A stretch of 63,942 nucleotides of DNA, filler included, from Thelocarpon superellum (GCA_026025795.1; 6 parts of 6 records of this genome joined end to end with filler, not necessarily neighbours in it), one strand, 5' to 3'; positions 1 through 12,814 are shown, counted from the first letter of the whole stretch. Numbers and translations are program-made. Notes: a model not told the origin generated them from the letters alone.

Positions 1-10
1 CATACACAGC

Positions 11-769
11 ATGAAGATTCTCACGCTCAATTTCCTTACGTGCGCCGTCAAACGCTGCAAGGCGAGCCCACAGGCCTTTCCCCTGCATTGCAAGGATGCC
101 GAGCTCGAACACCAAGAACTGGACTTCAACCCGGCCTTTCTCTACAATATCTTGCCTCGGGTCGAGTGGGATGCCTTGAGGGTGACGGCGGCAGAGGTAG
201 ACGCGTGATTTTGTCTTCTCATCGTAACACTTCTTCCTCTCCTCTCCTCTCCTCCCTCCGCTCATCCGTTTACCGCGTATGGGACATGAAGTTTCAGGTG
301 CTGCTGAAAGGACCATGAGGCTAAGTCCGTCTCGTCCGTGGACAGCTCGGGATCACGAATCTCCCCGTCACGAAACCAGCCTCACCGCTGCTTCCAAACC
401 CGGCGGAACGGGAACCTCCGTCCACTGACGACGAGATGCAGCTCGAGCATGCGGCGGACGAGAGCACGGAGAAAGCGTCCGACGGAACGACGGAGAACCA
501 AGGCGAGAGTAAGAATGGCGAGACCGCCGACGACGGCGTATGGAAAGATCTGCACACCCTCCTCCTGGAGACGCAGGTCACGGAGGGGAAGTTGGTCTGT
601 GGCAATTGCGGACATGAGTATAATGTTCATCAAGGCATCGCAAACTTTTTGCTTCCGAACCATTTGGGTGGGTTGGCGCGCTCCAGGGGCAACAGCTGCT
701 TGCCGCTCCATTTCCGTTCCGATTCACCATGGCTTGATCTTGGTGGCTAACGTAGCCCTCATAGTTTGA
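11..769 (+). CDS. TRM112: Multifunctional methyltransferase activator subunit Trm112 (3 exons: 11-196, 346-667, 765-769)
   Basis: MKILTLNFLTCAVK N-terminus and C-terminal LHTLLLETQVTEGKLVCGNCGHEY..GIANFLLP motif; GT-AG introns 197-345 and 668-764 restore one frame ending V-stop. Confidence 0.93.
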
Positions 770-1106
770 CTCCGTGTCTCCCTGCGCTGCGGGTCGCTCG
801 CTGGAGCCGGTGACAGGTCGTACGCGACCTACGCAATGTGCATGGATGAGACCGACGACGCACGACGAGACGATGAGCCCAAACACAGTCCCGTGTTCCC
901 GCCCGATCGAGGCATTATGATACAAGTACACATGCATGACACCGTCCTCTGCATACATCCCCAACCATCTCAGTCCAGCGTGGATCCCGTTTTCGTCCAC
1001 CGTCCGTGAGGGCTCAACCGCCCCCTCATGAGGATCCCTCGCAGGAATCACTCCCTAGGATCTTGCCCCCACGACGTATGGAGGGCACGCCGCAACGAGA
1101 TATCGT

Positions 1107-4100
1107 CTAATTCAAGAAACCTTTGCAGCCGGACGAGCCACAGAGACAGGGGATGCGGTCGTCGCTGTCGAACTCGCGCTCGAACTTGTAGTCGTAGGTC
1201 AACTCTTCGTCTGTGCGTCGCTCGGGTCAGTCCCGATGCTCCGCCACGATACCACCTCGACCGAGGGGAGAAACTCACTTTGCGCAATGTCGCGCAAGGC
1301 GTAGATGACGATCCGCTTCGAGCCCTCGACCTTGATGATCTTGGCCGTGCAGTTGGGCGTGCAGCTGTGGTTGATGAAGCGCGCGATGCCGCCGCGCTTG
1401 GTGGCGTCGATGACGGTGTTCTCGTCGATCCGGAACAGATAGCTGCTGCCGATGCCGCTCTTGAGGTAGCGTCGCTCGCGCATGTCCGCCACCTGCTGTC
1501 GCACCTTCTCGCCCACGTACTCGATGATCATGTCGTTGGCCGCGATGTTTTCCATCGCGTACAGCCCCCAGTTGTGGATGGCCGACCGCGCGAACTTGAC
1601 CGGTTTCTTGCGTTTCTTGAGCTGATTGAACCGGAGCACGTCGGCGTCGCCCGTCAGCGTCTGCTTCTGCGCGTTGATGTCCGCCACGAGCCGCCGGTTG
1701 TTGACCCGGTTCGAGCGCGAGGTCGCCTTGGACGTGCTCTTGGCCGCGGCGAGTTTGGCCGCTTCCGTCGCCGCGTGGGGGTCCTTGTCGTGTTTGGCCC
1801 GCGCCTCGCGTTCCTCTCGCGCCTTCTGCACCCGGATTCGATGTGGCAGATACTTGGACTTCTCCGACTCGAGGATCTTCTTGATGCCTTCCGTCCGGGC
1901 GGATCCCGTCGCGTTCGGCACGTAGTAGCCCTCGATCGTCATCTCCGTCCGGACCACGCCCCGCTCGCCGCGTCGGTTGAGCGCCTTGATCGCCTTCTGC
2001 TTCCACGTCCAGGTCGAGACGTGGCCGAGCGAGGCCGCGGGGGATCCGTCTAACACCTCCCGCAGGAAGCGGAGATCCTCGTCGTCCTTGACCAGGTTCT
2101 GCCAGCCGTCGACATCCAGCACGATGCTCTCGTCATCCTCCACGGTTCGTCGAGGAATGTCTGAAGACACGCTCCATTCCACCTCGGCCCGGACAGGTTC
2201 GGCTTCGATGGCCTCCTCCATCTCCGGCGGCGCCTCGTCCTCCACTTCCTCCACCTCGTCCAGTTCCGTCTCACCAAGCAGTTCCATCATCAGCGCCCTC
2301 TCCTGTTGCTTCTGCGCCTCGCGCTCCTCGAAGAGCTGTTTCTTGGATTTCTTCTTCGCCTTGGGCTTCTTCTTTCCTTTGACCTCGGCCTCGCCATCAG
2401 CCCCGGCGACTTCCGCATCGGGCGTCTCGCTCGCGGCGTGAGAGGTGCCGTCCCCACCGAGGATGACATCGGTCGCGGCGTCTGGTACGGCGTGCTCAGG
2501 TGCCAAAGGTACGCACTCCGCCTCATCCTCCAATGCCACCTCCGCGCGCTGTCGTTTTCGGGCGGCGAGTTCTTGCAGCAACCGCTTCCGTTTCTTCGAC
2601 GACGACGGCAGTCTCGTCGCCTCTCGTTCCAGCCGATCGAGCGCGGTGATGTCGTCGTCGGCGGGAGCCGTTCCATCCACGGGTGTGAGAGCTTCCTCGC
2701 CGCCGATCCACCCCGAGGTTTTACCCAGTCGCTGCTTGCGAGAGGCACCTTCGTCCCCGTCATCGGACGCGACGCTCATGCGGCTGATGGACCGGCTTTC
2801 CTGCTCTTCCGTCTCACGAGCCACGGAACTGCCCTGCTCGTCATCGGACTCGTCGTTGTCGCTGTGGAAATTGTGCAGGCGGTGATGGAGCGGCCGGATG
2901 TCCGCCTTACGTGGGCTGGGCCGCTTGCGGGCGCCGAACGGATCAGAAAAGCCGACCCGTTGGCCCCCTGGAGCCGACTTCCGGATCCGCGGGAGGGCGG
3001 AGACGTTGAGGGTGGAGACGTGCAGAGGCCGGCGGCGGTCGAGATATGCATCGGCAACGCGCGAATCCGGCGTGCTAGCGGGTGAGTGGTCCTCGAGCGC
3101 CTCGACGAAGATGCCCGGCCGCTTGGAGTCGGGAGGATCGGCGACGCCGAGCTTCCGTCGCTTGGCCACATGGCGCGCGGGATCGAGGTAGTCGGTCAAG
3201 GCGGGGGCGGCGATGCGACTACGGACGTCGCGGATCAATAACTCCTTGACCTCACGACGGACGCGGTCCACGGCCTCCCGGCTGGGGTCGAGCTCCTGTG
3301 CCCGCTGCTTCTTTTCCTCCTCCACCGTGACCTCTTCGTCGCGCCGCCGTCGCTGTTCGGCCTCCGTCCGGCGCTGCTCGGCCTGGACCCGCTCGGGGCT
3401 GGGGCTACGCTGATGGTTGGGGTTGCCGTAGGCCTGACACTCCATATTCATGACGTAGGTGAAGAGCGCCGTCATGTGGCACATCTTGAAGCACTTCTCC
3501 GCCTCGATCTCGCCGCGCCGCGAGTCCTCGAAGACGATGTAGTAGCCCGTGCTGTCAGCCCGGATGGCTTCGAAATGGTGATTCCGCAGGCGCCGCTTCA
3601 TGTGCTCGATCGTCGTCCCAAGCACGGGCACGTAGCAGTGCGCAATGAAGATGTAGGGCTCGCGTTTGATCTGTTGCAGGATCGGCGTCGCCTCGACCAG
3701 CGCGTGCGCGGCCGGCTTGCCGGAGGCACGGGGGGCTACCGGCGGTGCCAGGCTGGAGGGACCCTTGGGTGCTTCCGGGGGGGGGCCGTCTTCGATCTTG
3801 GCCGCAACGGGGGCCGGGACCGGGTCGAGCTTGGCCTGCCGCGACGAGCGCGCTGCCAGCTTGGCATTGACCCGTTCCTTCCACACCCGGCCACTGCGAT
3901 CGAGCTCGACCCTGATCGAGGTTAGGCCGATGCGCTGTCCTGAGCCCTCCTTGGCCGCACGCCGCGCGGCGTCGATCGCCAGAAGCGATCGCGTACCCCG
4001 CGCCAGGCGGCCATCCTTGTAGCGAATCACGCAAATCCCGAGCGGGCTGCCCGTGGCCGGGTCGAGCTTGTTGCTGGTCTCGGCAATCTCGCCGTAAGCC

Positions 4101-5047
4101 CCGAAGAAGGCGGTGAGGGAGGTTATGGGAGCGAGAGGATCGAAGCCGGTCACAACAACTCGTGTCGCTGGGCCGGGCCCGCAGGATGTGGCCGGGTCGT
4201 AGGGATAGGGTTTGATGAGATACGGGGCGATCCGCAGGCGACGCTTCTGTCGATTGGCGTGGCCCTTGGTGTAGTCTGGGATGGCCAATCGCGGATCTTT
4301 GGGCGCCGGCTCGTCGTCGCCGTCGACGCCAATGTCTCGATATGTCGGAAGCAGCTTCCGCCGTTCCTTGGAAGTTAGGGTCCGGTCGAGTTCGGGATCA
4401 TACGTGCAGACCTCGCCCTTCTTTTCCCGACCAGGCGGGCGCGCCTGCCGTCGAACAGGCGGCGGCGAAGACGGGGTCGAGGGGAGCGGGGTGGGAACGC
4501 CATTGGCGTCCCGCGCGTACGACTCGGTGGACGGCGGGGCCTGGTAGGGTCCATGAGACGTGAGACCCTTGGGGTAGGACGCCTTTCCGTCCGGCGGCGT
4601 CTCAAGCCGTCCAGGCGGAGACGACTCAGAATTGGTCAGCGGAGTCAAGGCGTGGGGATGGGCAACAGCGCCAAGGGCGGAGGTGGCAGAGGGAAGGTTG
4701 GCGCCGCTGAAAATGGAGGAGACGGTGCTGGTGTGTGAGCTGGCGGAGCCGACACCGTTCAGGAGATCTCCCTGGGGTAAGTCGTGGTCCTCGTGGGCCC
4801 CCGGGAGGGGCTCGGGCCAGGGGCCAGCGCCGGCCCCCGCGGCGGGGGGAGCGGGGCGGAGGTCATCGGCCGGTGCGGTCGCGGCGGGCCCGCCCAGATC
4901 GGAGGACGGCGTGGACGCGACCGGCCAGGGCTCGAGCGGCTTCGACTTGGCGCGTTGTCGGTCCTTGGTGGCCTGCTTGTGCTTCTGCTGCAGGACCGAC
5001 GGCGCGGTGGGAAAGAAGTCGGCGAACCCAGCGGCGGCGCGCGACAT
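1107..5047 (-). CDS. SET1: Histone H3K4 methyltransferase Set1 (COMPASS catalytic subunit); intron 1211-1278
   Basis: RRM region, n-SET (GSARTEG), SET motifs HNWGLYAME and [11 protein letters not shown]; after the intron ELTYDYKF and post-[17 protein letters not shown]. Confidence 0.97.
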
Positions 5048-5798
5048 GGCGGGCCAGCGGTTTCACCACGAAGACGACAACGGCACCATGTCGACGAGCG
5101 GTCACGTCACGAGCCAGGCGGTTGGCGTGGACCAGCTTCGCGCATCGAGGGATCGAGGGATCGAGGGAGCGTGGCCGCGGTCCGGACAGGCCTCTCGTGA
5201 TCCGTCGCCCGTCGCCGGCTGTCAGGTACGCGATGACGGGATGGCGCACACGCGCCCGAACGACCGCCGGCAGGCCCGCGGGAACAGGGTCGGGAATCCG
5301 CCGTGAGAGATCCGGAGGATAGGACCCCGCAGGCAGGGGCAGTAGTGAGGGTGGATGAGCAGGGCGCCGTCGCCTGACCAGGTGTTCGAGGCAATCGTGG
5401 GTTGAAGAAGGGCTGGGGGAACGTCCTTCATGCCATCCTGATCGACTCCGATCATGTACACTTGGGCCTACGCCAGACTGGCGAGGAGTTACTTCTGGTA
5501 CGGTGGCCGCATCGGGTGTGGCTCATCACGCGCTACGGCGGACGACGCGGCCAACTGTGACGGAGTCTCGCTGGTGACGACGGACCCCGTTCACCATCAT
5601 CCTGCTTGCACGTACCAATCGGAAACGGTTGATTCTAGAGCACAGCCGACCAAAGAGTGAATGTTGAGGTGGATCTACGGTAAATTTAACGCCTCATTGC
5701 TACATCTGTCAACGCCTGTCTAGAGAGAATGGCATGTGAGCGCCCACAGCGTGTACAAGTCCTCTCGGCCCGCTCCCGTCCACCGCTTCTAGGCCCGG

Positions 5799-6236
5799 TC
5801 AGTGACTCAGGGTACTCCTCCGCTTCTGCCTCCGGCGGATGAGAATTTTGCGTCCGGTGCGGCTTCGTTTCCGTGCTAGAAAGCCATGACGTCGTTTCCT
5901 GACGCGATGGCTGGGATCGTAGGTGTCGCGTGGTCCATTGCGGACCTGGAGGCCCGACAGCGCGGGATGGGCGGAGATCTTGGGAAGGAGATCGACGGTT
6001 GATGTATAGGACGTGGCTAGTTGTTGGGGAGGAGGCATGCTCGCATGTCGGGGGAGGATCGATGGACGGAGAAGGGTATGTGTGGTAAGTGTCCTGCAGG
6101 ACGTGAGCTTTTTCAAGCACGGCAAATACTCTCATCTCACAGACCTTCGGGACACCACTCCCCTGGATGGCATCATAGAGGTTGGACGTGATGGTCGTGG
6201 CATAGCGAGCCACCCCGCACACCGAAGGCGCCGCAT
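5799..6236 (-). CDS. Mitochondrial ribosomal protein bL34m, one intron
   Basis: TYDPSHRVRKRRHGFLAR..GRKILIRRRQKRRSTLSH is the L34 signature; ATG at 6236 gives an Arg-rich presequence MRRLRCAGW; start inferred. Confidence 0.88.
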
Positions 6237-6499
6237 CTTGGACCTGACAGAGAGCTTCAGGGTGCATGCGGACGGACTGATGTAAGGTCGAAGAGTGGTC
6301 ACGCTGGCTTACCCACCGATGGTAGACACCTCATCCAGATTTCCCGACCTTACGCACGCTATGCCTTCATAGGGCGCACGCTGCAATCCCAGGTATTTTG
6401 TTGGACCTCGAGGATGAATGGGATTGCCCGTCCCGTACGTCCGTTCTCTGTCGCCCGTATCTTGTCATCAATCGATCCATCGGATGACCTCAGCCCGTA

Positions 6500-7054
6500 A
6501 TGGCGCCCACCGCTTTCCCACCCCATCGTACGCATCATCGCGAGCGCGTCTCCACGGAATCTGCTCTGGGCTTGCTGCAGACCTACTTGGCGCAGACGGA
6601 GACGACGCCGTATCTGCATCCGGATGCGCGCCTCGCGGAGAGCGGCCCACACTTGATGGGAGAGGAGGACGGCGGACTGGCCTTGCATCACCTCCGCCGT
6701 GTCGAGGCGGGGCTACGGGGCGAGCGGCTGGGAGACCTCGTGCCCCAGGGCGTGGAGACGACGGACGACACGAACGGCGCCGCCGAGGGCAGTGACAAGG
6801 CGTGGGCCCAAAATGGCGCGGACCCACCCCCGTCCGAGTGGGAGGACATGGAGACGTACGCAAGAGCACAGTCAATCGCCGAGGGCGACCTTGGGGGCAG
6901 CGATGTTCGCGACCGCGGAATTGGTCAGGTGCCGCCGCTGGCCAGCCGCCTAGCCTCCAAGGATGCCCGAAAAGCGGGCAAGAAAGCACGACGCCAAGAG
7001 GAAAAGCGCCAGAGGGAGGCCATGCGTCAGCGCGAGCGTGCGATGGAGGAGTGA
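6500..7054 (+). CDS. Small fungal protein, possible RNA polymerase I subunit A14/Ker1 homolog
   Basis: 184-aa single-exon ORF with ATG, divergent from bL34; LHHLRRVEAGLRG helix and K/R/E-rich tail; family assignment is inference. Confidence 0.6.
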   Translation: MAPTAFPPHRTHHRERVSTESALGLLQTYLAQTETTPYLHPDARLAESGPHLMGEEDGGLALHHLRRVEAGLRGERLGDLVPQGVETTDDTNGAAEGSDKAWAQNGADPPPSEWEDMETYARAQSIAEGDLGGSDVRDRGIGQVPPLASRLASKDARKAGKKARRQEEKRQREAMRQRERAMEE

Positions 7055-7148
7055 TGGAGCCACGGCACCAAGGATCTTTGACATTCTTCCCAAGTCTAGC
7101 TGTCGATTCCCTATGAGGTGACCCTCTCCCATTCGATGCATCGATACA

Positions 7149-8661
7149 TTACAGCTCGCGATCGCCCGCCTTGACCACTGTCGCCTCCTCCTCCTCCTCC
7201 CCCTTCTTGGTGCCGTGCGTGTGGGCCTGCACCTTCTCCTCGCCGTACCAGCCCAAGGCACTCAGCCGTTCGGGCAGAATGGGATGGGAAAAGTGATAGC
7301 TGGCGTACAGCCAGTCGGCGTCCATGGTGCTCAGGTTCTGGATCTGAAGCTTGATCAACGAGCGCGCTAGCTCCGTGGAGTAGCCGAGCGACACGGCAAA
7401 GGCGTCTGCGACACGTTAGTCCTGGCCACGCCGTGGTCGCGCCGGGTGACGGGGGACACGAACCCGCCTCGAATTCGAAGCGCCGGCTCAAGACATTCAT
7501 CAGCAGCTTGACGACGGTGTCCATGGGCGCCAGGGCGTCGGAGAAGAGGATGAAGCCGATGATGATGGGGAATTCGTCGTGGAAACCAAAGGACTGGTAG
7601 AGCGAGCGGTTGTTGATGAAGACGGAGAAGAGGGCGAAGATGTAGAACATGTGAAACTGGGCGATGCCGAATAGCTTGGTCGTATGGCTCAAGCTCCAAT
7701 GACCCAGTTCATGGCTCAAGACGGCCACGACCTCGTCCGTCGCGCTCTTCTCGATCAAGGTGTCGTAGATGACGATGTGCTTCTTCCACGGCAGACCGTA
7801 AAAGTAGGCGTTGCTATGCGCGCTCCGCTTGCTGCCGTCGATGACGTACAGCTCTTTCAGCGGGAACTGCAGCCGCGCCGCCAAGGCCTCGACGCCCTTC
7901 TTGAGCGGGCCATCCTCAAGCGGGGACAGCTTGTTGAAGAGCGGCAAGATGAGGATGGGGTAGACGGTGATGGTGAAGACCTGCATCGCCACCCCAAACA
8001 GCCACAGGTAGTAGAAGAAGCCATTCCCCGTCCGTTGCACGATGGCGAGGAAGGCACTGAGCACGGGCGCGCCCAGGACGACCATCAACGCCTGCCCCTT
8101 GAGCAAGTCCGACACGAATAGACGTGCCGTCTGCTTGTTGAAGCCGAAGCGCTCCTCGAGCACAAAGGTGTGGTAGATGGAGGTGGGCAGCGACAGCGCC
8201 GTCGTGATGAGGTTGAAGACAAAGAAGAAAACGAGGCTCTGCGTGATCTCGCCGGTGAAGTTGGCGGGCGCATAGCGGGCCTGCCACGTCCCCGTGAGGG
8301 CCCACAGCCAGGGGAGCACGTCGGCGTAGATGACCACCAGGTTCTGCGCTTGTCCGTACAGCGCGCTGACGAAGCCAAACTGGGCCTTGGCCCGTCCGTA
8401 GGCCTGGCTCTGGTCAAAGACCTCTTGCGACACCTCGCCCTGGAGCGCTTTGGGCGGCTTGGTCTGTTTGAGCATCTGGTACTGTCGCAGCGAAAGACCT
8501 TGTTCAAAGGCGTACTGTCCCACGGAGAAGGCCACGATCAGGCTTCGCCAGGGAAAGCCTGGTTGATCGAGGAAGCGCGCCAGGCGCTGTGGGTACGTCA
8601 GTCTCGGGGCCGCTCACTCGCATGGTGCAGGCACGAAGGGACGGACCTGGAGCACGTCCAT
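7149..8661 (-). CDS. STE24: CaaX prenyl protease 1 (M48 zinc metalloprotease)
   Basis: GSKRSAHSNAYFYG, HELGH zinc motif, SRRFEFEAD, HFSHPILPERL; short first exon MDVLQ; at least two introns; ends DREL. Confidence 0.96.
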
Positions 8662-9367
8662 GACGACGCGATGTCTGGCAGAGATGGGCTGGTGGAGAGC
8701 GGTGGCGGGTGGGACGTGAGGGCAGGAAGCGGCGGGTTGCTGGGACTTGCACCTCGTCCTTACGAGGAGACGTCGCAGTCGCCAACTACGTCTGCGCGCT
8801 TGCACATTGTGGACAGTGTGTTCGAGTCTTTTTGACGGGGATGTGCGACAGGGGAAGGGAGCAAAGGCGGCATATCCCGCGTGGGGGACATGCATATCAC
8901 GTGGCCTTCTAGCTGCGACCGCCTGCATGAGACGACCAGCGACCGACGCCAAGGTTCGAGGTCTGCGGTTGGTTTCGTCCCATCCGCCACCTAAGCTCTA
9001 ACCTGCTGTTGCCGACGCAGCATCGTCGTCATGGGAGCACGGTTGACGTCGGCGGCAAGTTTTTCGGCCTCTGAAGAATCCCACTTCGGCTTGCTCCGTC
9101 TGTCTGGTCATCTTGTCCAGCCCATAGTTGTGAGCTCTGCTAGGGGCCCAGCGCGGTGGGAACATACACGTCGCTTAGGTAATGTAAATCAACAGGAAGA
9201 GGGCTTCTTGGTATTGTTCCTCCCCTGAATTGATCCCTAGTCGGGCGTTCATTCCAACCACCCACCACGCCTTCGCCCTCCATCCTCCTGTCCCCAATCT
9301 CGATCTGGCCCAGCCCTACTTGCCATCGGAGGAGGCATCGCACGTCTGGATAGATCATGCCGTAGCT

Positions 9368-10975
9368 ATGACCACCAAGGATGCTAGGAGGAGATCTAGC
9401 GGAACGGTCAAGGACACGTCCCGACGCTCGCTGGTTGAAGGGGATGACCCGCGCGGCATCGTCAACGGCACCCAGGTCGCGCCAGCGAACGGGGTCACCA
9501 CGAGCCCGCCGGTGCTGACGGTCAACACCGGGCCAAGGGGAGAGTTGCATGCCGTCAACGGCGATGGGGTAGTGCGCGGCAAGCCGCGGTCTCCCCACGA
9601 CCGCAAACCCTCGTCGCCCATGATGCCCGCCTTCATGGTGTCGGCGCCGGGCAAAGTGATCGTATACGGCGAGCACGCGGTGGTGCATGGCAAGGCGGCC
9701 ATCGCAGCAGCCATTTCGCTGCGCTCCTACCTGCTCGTTACCTCGCTCTCCAAATCCCACCACACGGTGACCTTGAGATTTCCCGACATCGGTCTCGATC
9801 ACACGTGGGACATTGACCAGCTTCCCTGGTCCGTCTTCGCCGCGCCGGCGAAGAAGAAATTTTACTACGATCTCGTCACCGCCCTCGACCCCGACCTCGT
9901 CGACGCCATGCGGCCACATGTGGCCGAGGTGTCGCGGCAGGCGCCCGACGACGTGCGCAAGATCCACCAGGCTTCCGCCTCCGCTTTCCTCTACCTCTTC
10001 CTCTCGCTCGGTGTGCCGGCGTCGCCGGCGTGCGTCTACACGCTGCGCTCGACCATACCCATCGGCGCCGGCCTGGGCAGCAGCGCGAGCATCTGCGTGT
10101 GTCTGAGCTCGGCCTTACTGCTCCAGATACGCGCCCTGGCCGGCCCACACCCCGACCAGCCCGGCGACGAGGCGATGCTGCAGCTTGAGCGGATCAATCG
10201 GTGGGCATTTGTGGGGGAGATGTGCATCCACGGCAATCCGAGCGGCGTGGACAATACTGTATCCAGCGGCGGCAAGGCCGTCGTCTTTCAGCGGATCGAC
10301 TATCAGCGCCCGCCGGTCGTGACGCGTCTCCCGGGTTTCCCCGAGCTCCCGCTGCTGCTCGTCAACACGGGACAGGCGCGGTCGACGGCGACGGAGGTGG
10401 CCAAAGTCGGTGCTTTGACCCAGTCGCATCCTGCCGTCGCGGGCATGCTGCTCGACGCCATCGACAAGGTGACGAAGTCGGCGCGCCGTCACATCGTCGC
10501 CTCGACGCACGAAAAGGGGTTCGATGCCGCGTCGTTGACGCATCTGGGCGAGCTCATCCGCATTAACCACGGCCTCCTGGTGGCCCTTGGCGTGTCCCAT
10601 CCGAAGCTCGAGCGCATCCGCGAACTCGTCGATCACGCGGGTATCGGCTGGACCAAGTTGACCGGCGCCGGGGGCGGCGGCTGTGCCATCACCATCCTCA
10701 AGCCCGAGGCGGCACCCAGCACGTTGCGGAAACTCAACGACCAGCTTGATGCCGAGGGCTTTGAGCGCTATGAGACAACCCTCGGGGGCGATGGCGTGGG
10801 AGTCTTGTGGCCGGCCGTGCTCAAGAACGGCACGGACGAGGAGGGTGGAGAGGAGATTGACCAAGAGAAGTTCTTGAATGCCCTCGGCAACGACGGCGTC
10901 GAACGACTCGTCGGCGTGGACGTGTGCGTGGGCTCGGGCGAGCGGCAAGAAGGCTGGAAATTCTGGCGTGCGTGA
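9368..10975 (+). CDS. ERG12: Mevalonate kinase (start codon uncertain)
   Basis: GHMP motifs SAPGKVIVYGEHAVVHG, PIGAGLGSSAS, HGNPSGVDN, KLTGAGGGGC. Confidence 0.95.
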   Translation: MTTKDARRRSSGTVKDTSRRSLVEGDDPRGIVNGTQVAPANGVTTSPPVLTVNTGPRGELHAVNGDGVVRGKPRSPHDRKPSSPMMPAFMVSAPGKVIVYGEHAVVHGKAAIAAAISLRSYLLVTSLSKSHHTVTLRFPDIGLDHTWDIDQLPWSVFAAPAKKKFYYDLVTALDPDLVDAMRPHVAEVSRQAPDDVRKIHQASASAFLYLFLSLGVPASPACVYTLRSTIPIGAGLGSSASICVCLSSALLLQIRALAGPHPDQPGDEAMLQLERINRWAFVGEMCIHGNPSGVDNTVSSGGKAVVFQRIDYQRPPVVTRLPGFPELPLLLVNTGQARSTATEVAKVGALTQSHPAVAGMLLDAIDKVTKSARRHIVASTHEKGFDAASLTHLGELIRINHGLLVALGVSHPKLERIRELVDHAGIGWTKLTGAGGGGCAITILKPEAAPSTLRKLNDQLDAEGFERYETTLGGDGVGVLWPAVLKNGTDEEGGEEIDQEKFLNALGNDGVERLVGVDVCVGSGERQEGWKFWRA

Positions 10976-11351
10976 GGCCAGGGAGGCCAGGACGGCCCAT
11001 CATCGGATGAGACGCTTTGCCCTGGCTGGCAGTGGCACAATCCGCTGCGGGTCTTGTAAAATACTGTAGGACGAGTCCGACCGGCCTTGGTGTCTGAGTC
11101 TTAGAGATCATTTAACCCGGGTCGCCCCGCCTTTCTCCAACTTCACTTACCTTGTTCGGTAGTGAGGGACCCGCCTGGAGCTAGGTGTTAGATCTGCGGT
11201 TGAGAATGGCGTCGTCTTTGTCTCGGCTTCGTATTGTGCTTCTTGGGGGTCCGGAGATTTTGGCGAGGCGATTCGAGCTCAAATACTCCTCCCTCGTCCA
11301 GCCCCAGCCCCACCCCCACTCTCGCCCTTCTCGTACCCCCACCTCATCCGT

Positions 11352-11451
11352 NNNNNNNNNNNNNNNNNNNNNNNNNNNNNNNNNNNNNNNNNNNNTTAAT
11401 TAATTAANNNNNNNNNNNNNNNNNNNNNNNNNNNNNNNNNNNNNNNNNNNN
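11352..11451. other. Artificial contig linker
   Basis: 100 nt of N flanking TTAATTAATTAA (stops in all six frames). Confidence 0.99.
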
Positions 11452-11475
11452 AGACGCTGAGAAGGAGCTATCCAG

Positions 11476-12814
11476 AGATCAACGCCGCCGTAAGCATCAC
11501 AGCCCTGATATTCTCCTCGCTCTTCGACCTGCGCAAGACCTATTTCCTGCTGGCCGGCATCGCCGGCATCAATCCCAAATACGGCACCATTGGGTCCGTG
11601 GCCTTCTCCAAATACGCCGTGCAGGTGGCGCTGCAGTATGAAATCGACGTGCGCGACCTGCCAAGCAACTTCTCCACGGGCTACATCCCACAGGGTTCCA
11701 CGGTCCCGAGTGAATATCCTCAGTCGTTATACGGCACTGAGGTGTTTGAGGTCAATGATGCATTGAGGCAAATGGTGGGCCCGCCCTCCCCTTCCTCCAC
11801 GTCTTACTTGTCTACCCCAGTTTCCACCCCTTGCCATGTCCCAACCCACCCCTTCCCTCCTTCTTGCAACCTTCCACCGCATATCCTCTCCCCGACTGAC
11901 GACGACTTCCGTGGCTTCCTCTGCAGGCGATCACGTTCGGCGAGACAGCCACCCTAGCGGACACATCAGACGCAGAGACGTACCGAGCACAGTACGGCGT
12001 AGCCGCGAATGGCATCCCCGCCTACCTCTCCGCGACGAGCAATCCGGGGATCCTAAGCTGCGACGTATCCACATCGGACGTATGGTTCAGCGGAGCGGAA
12101 CTAGGCACGGCCTTTGAAAACACCACGACGCTATTTTCCAACGGGTCCGCAACGTACTGCATGACGGCGCAAGAAGACAATGCGATTCTCGAGGCGCTGC
12201 TACGCGGCGCTGTAGCACAAGTATTGGACTTTGCCCGCGTCATCGTCATGCGCGCCGCGTCGGATTTCGACCGGCCTCCCCCTGCGGTAAGCGCGACGGA
12301 CAACTTGTTCTACCAGACCCAGGGCTACGGCATCGCATTGGTGAATCTGTACAGGGTTGGAGTCAAGGTCGTCATGGGTATCGTGAACGGCTGGGAGGGG
12401 GCGGGAAGTGCCAGTGGTGGTTCGAACACAAAGGCAGGTGGAAATGGAACCGCAACCGGACCCGGAACAAGCGGCGAGAAGAACAGCTCCACCACTTCCT
12501 TCGCGGCTGGAATCCCTCCGGCGAACTACATCGGCGATATGTTCGACACGTTGCGGTTTTCTTCCCCTTCGGCTACTTCTGATTCTTCTCCTCTCATGGT
12601 GCCTGACTTCGGGCCCGGTGTAGCCCAGGAGCCGGCGTTGAAGAGGCGCTGGAGCCCTATTTCGAATGAAAGGGAGGTGATGGAGATGGACAAGGACAGA
12701 GAGGAGGAGACGGAGAAGGTAGAGGTGAAGAGACGGCTTGACCCGCGCAGCAGCAGCACCAGCTCAAGCAGACGAAGTCGACCCGGCTGGAGACAGAGTT
12801 CTGGACGGGCCTGA
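11476..12814 (+). CDS. NUP-family ('purine nucleoside permease') protein, 5'-truncated by contig end; intron about 11775-11926
   Basis: EINAA, FDLRKTYFLLAGIAGINP, AVQVALQYEID, YCMTAQEDNA, MRAASDFDRPP, NYIGDMF and PDFGPG motifs typical of the family. Confidence 0.88.

Noticed and set aside
1028..2053. 341-aa plus-strand ORF and other long ORFs antisense to SET1
   Set aside because: Shadow ORFs caused by GC-rich codon usage; no motifs
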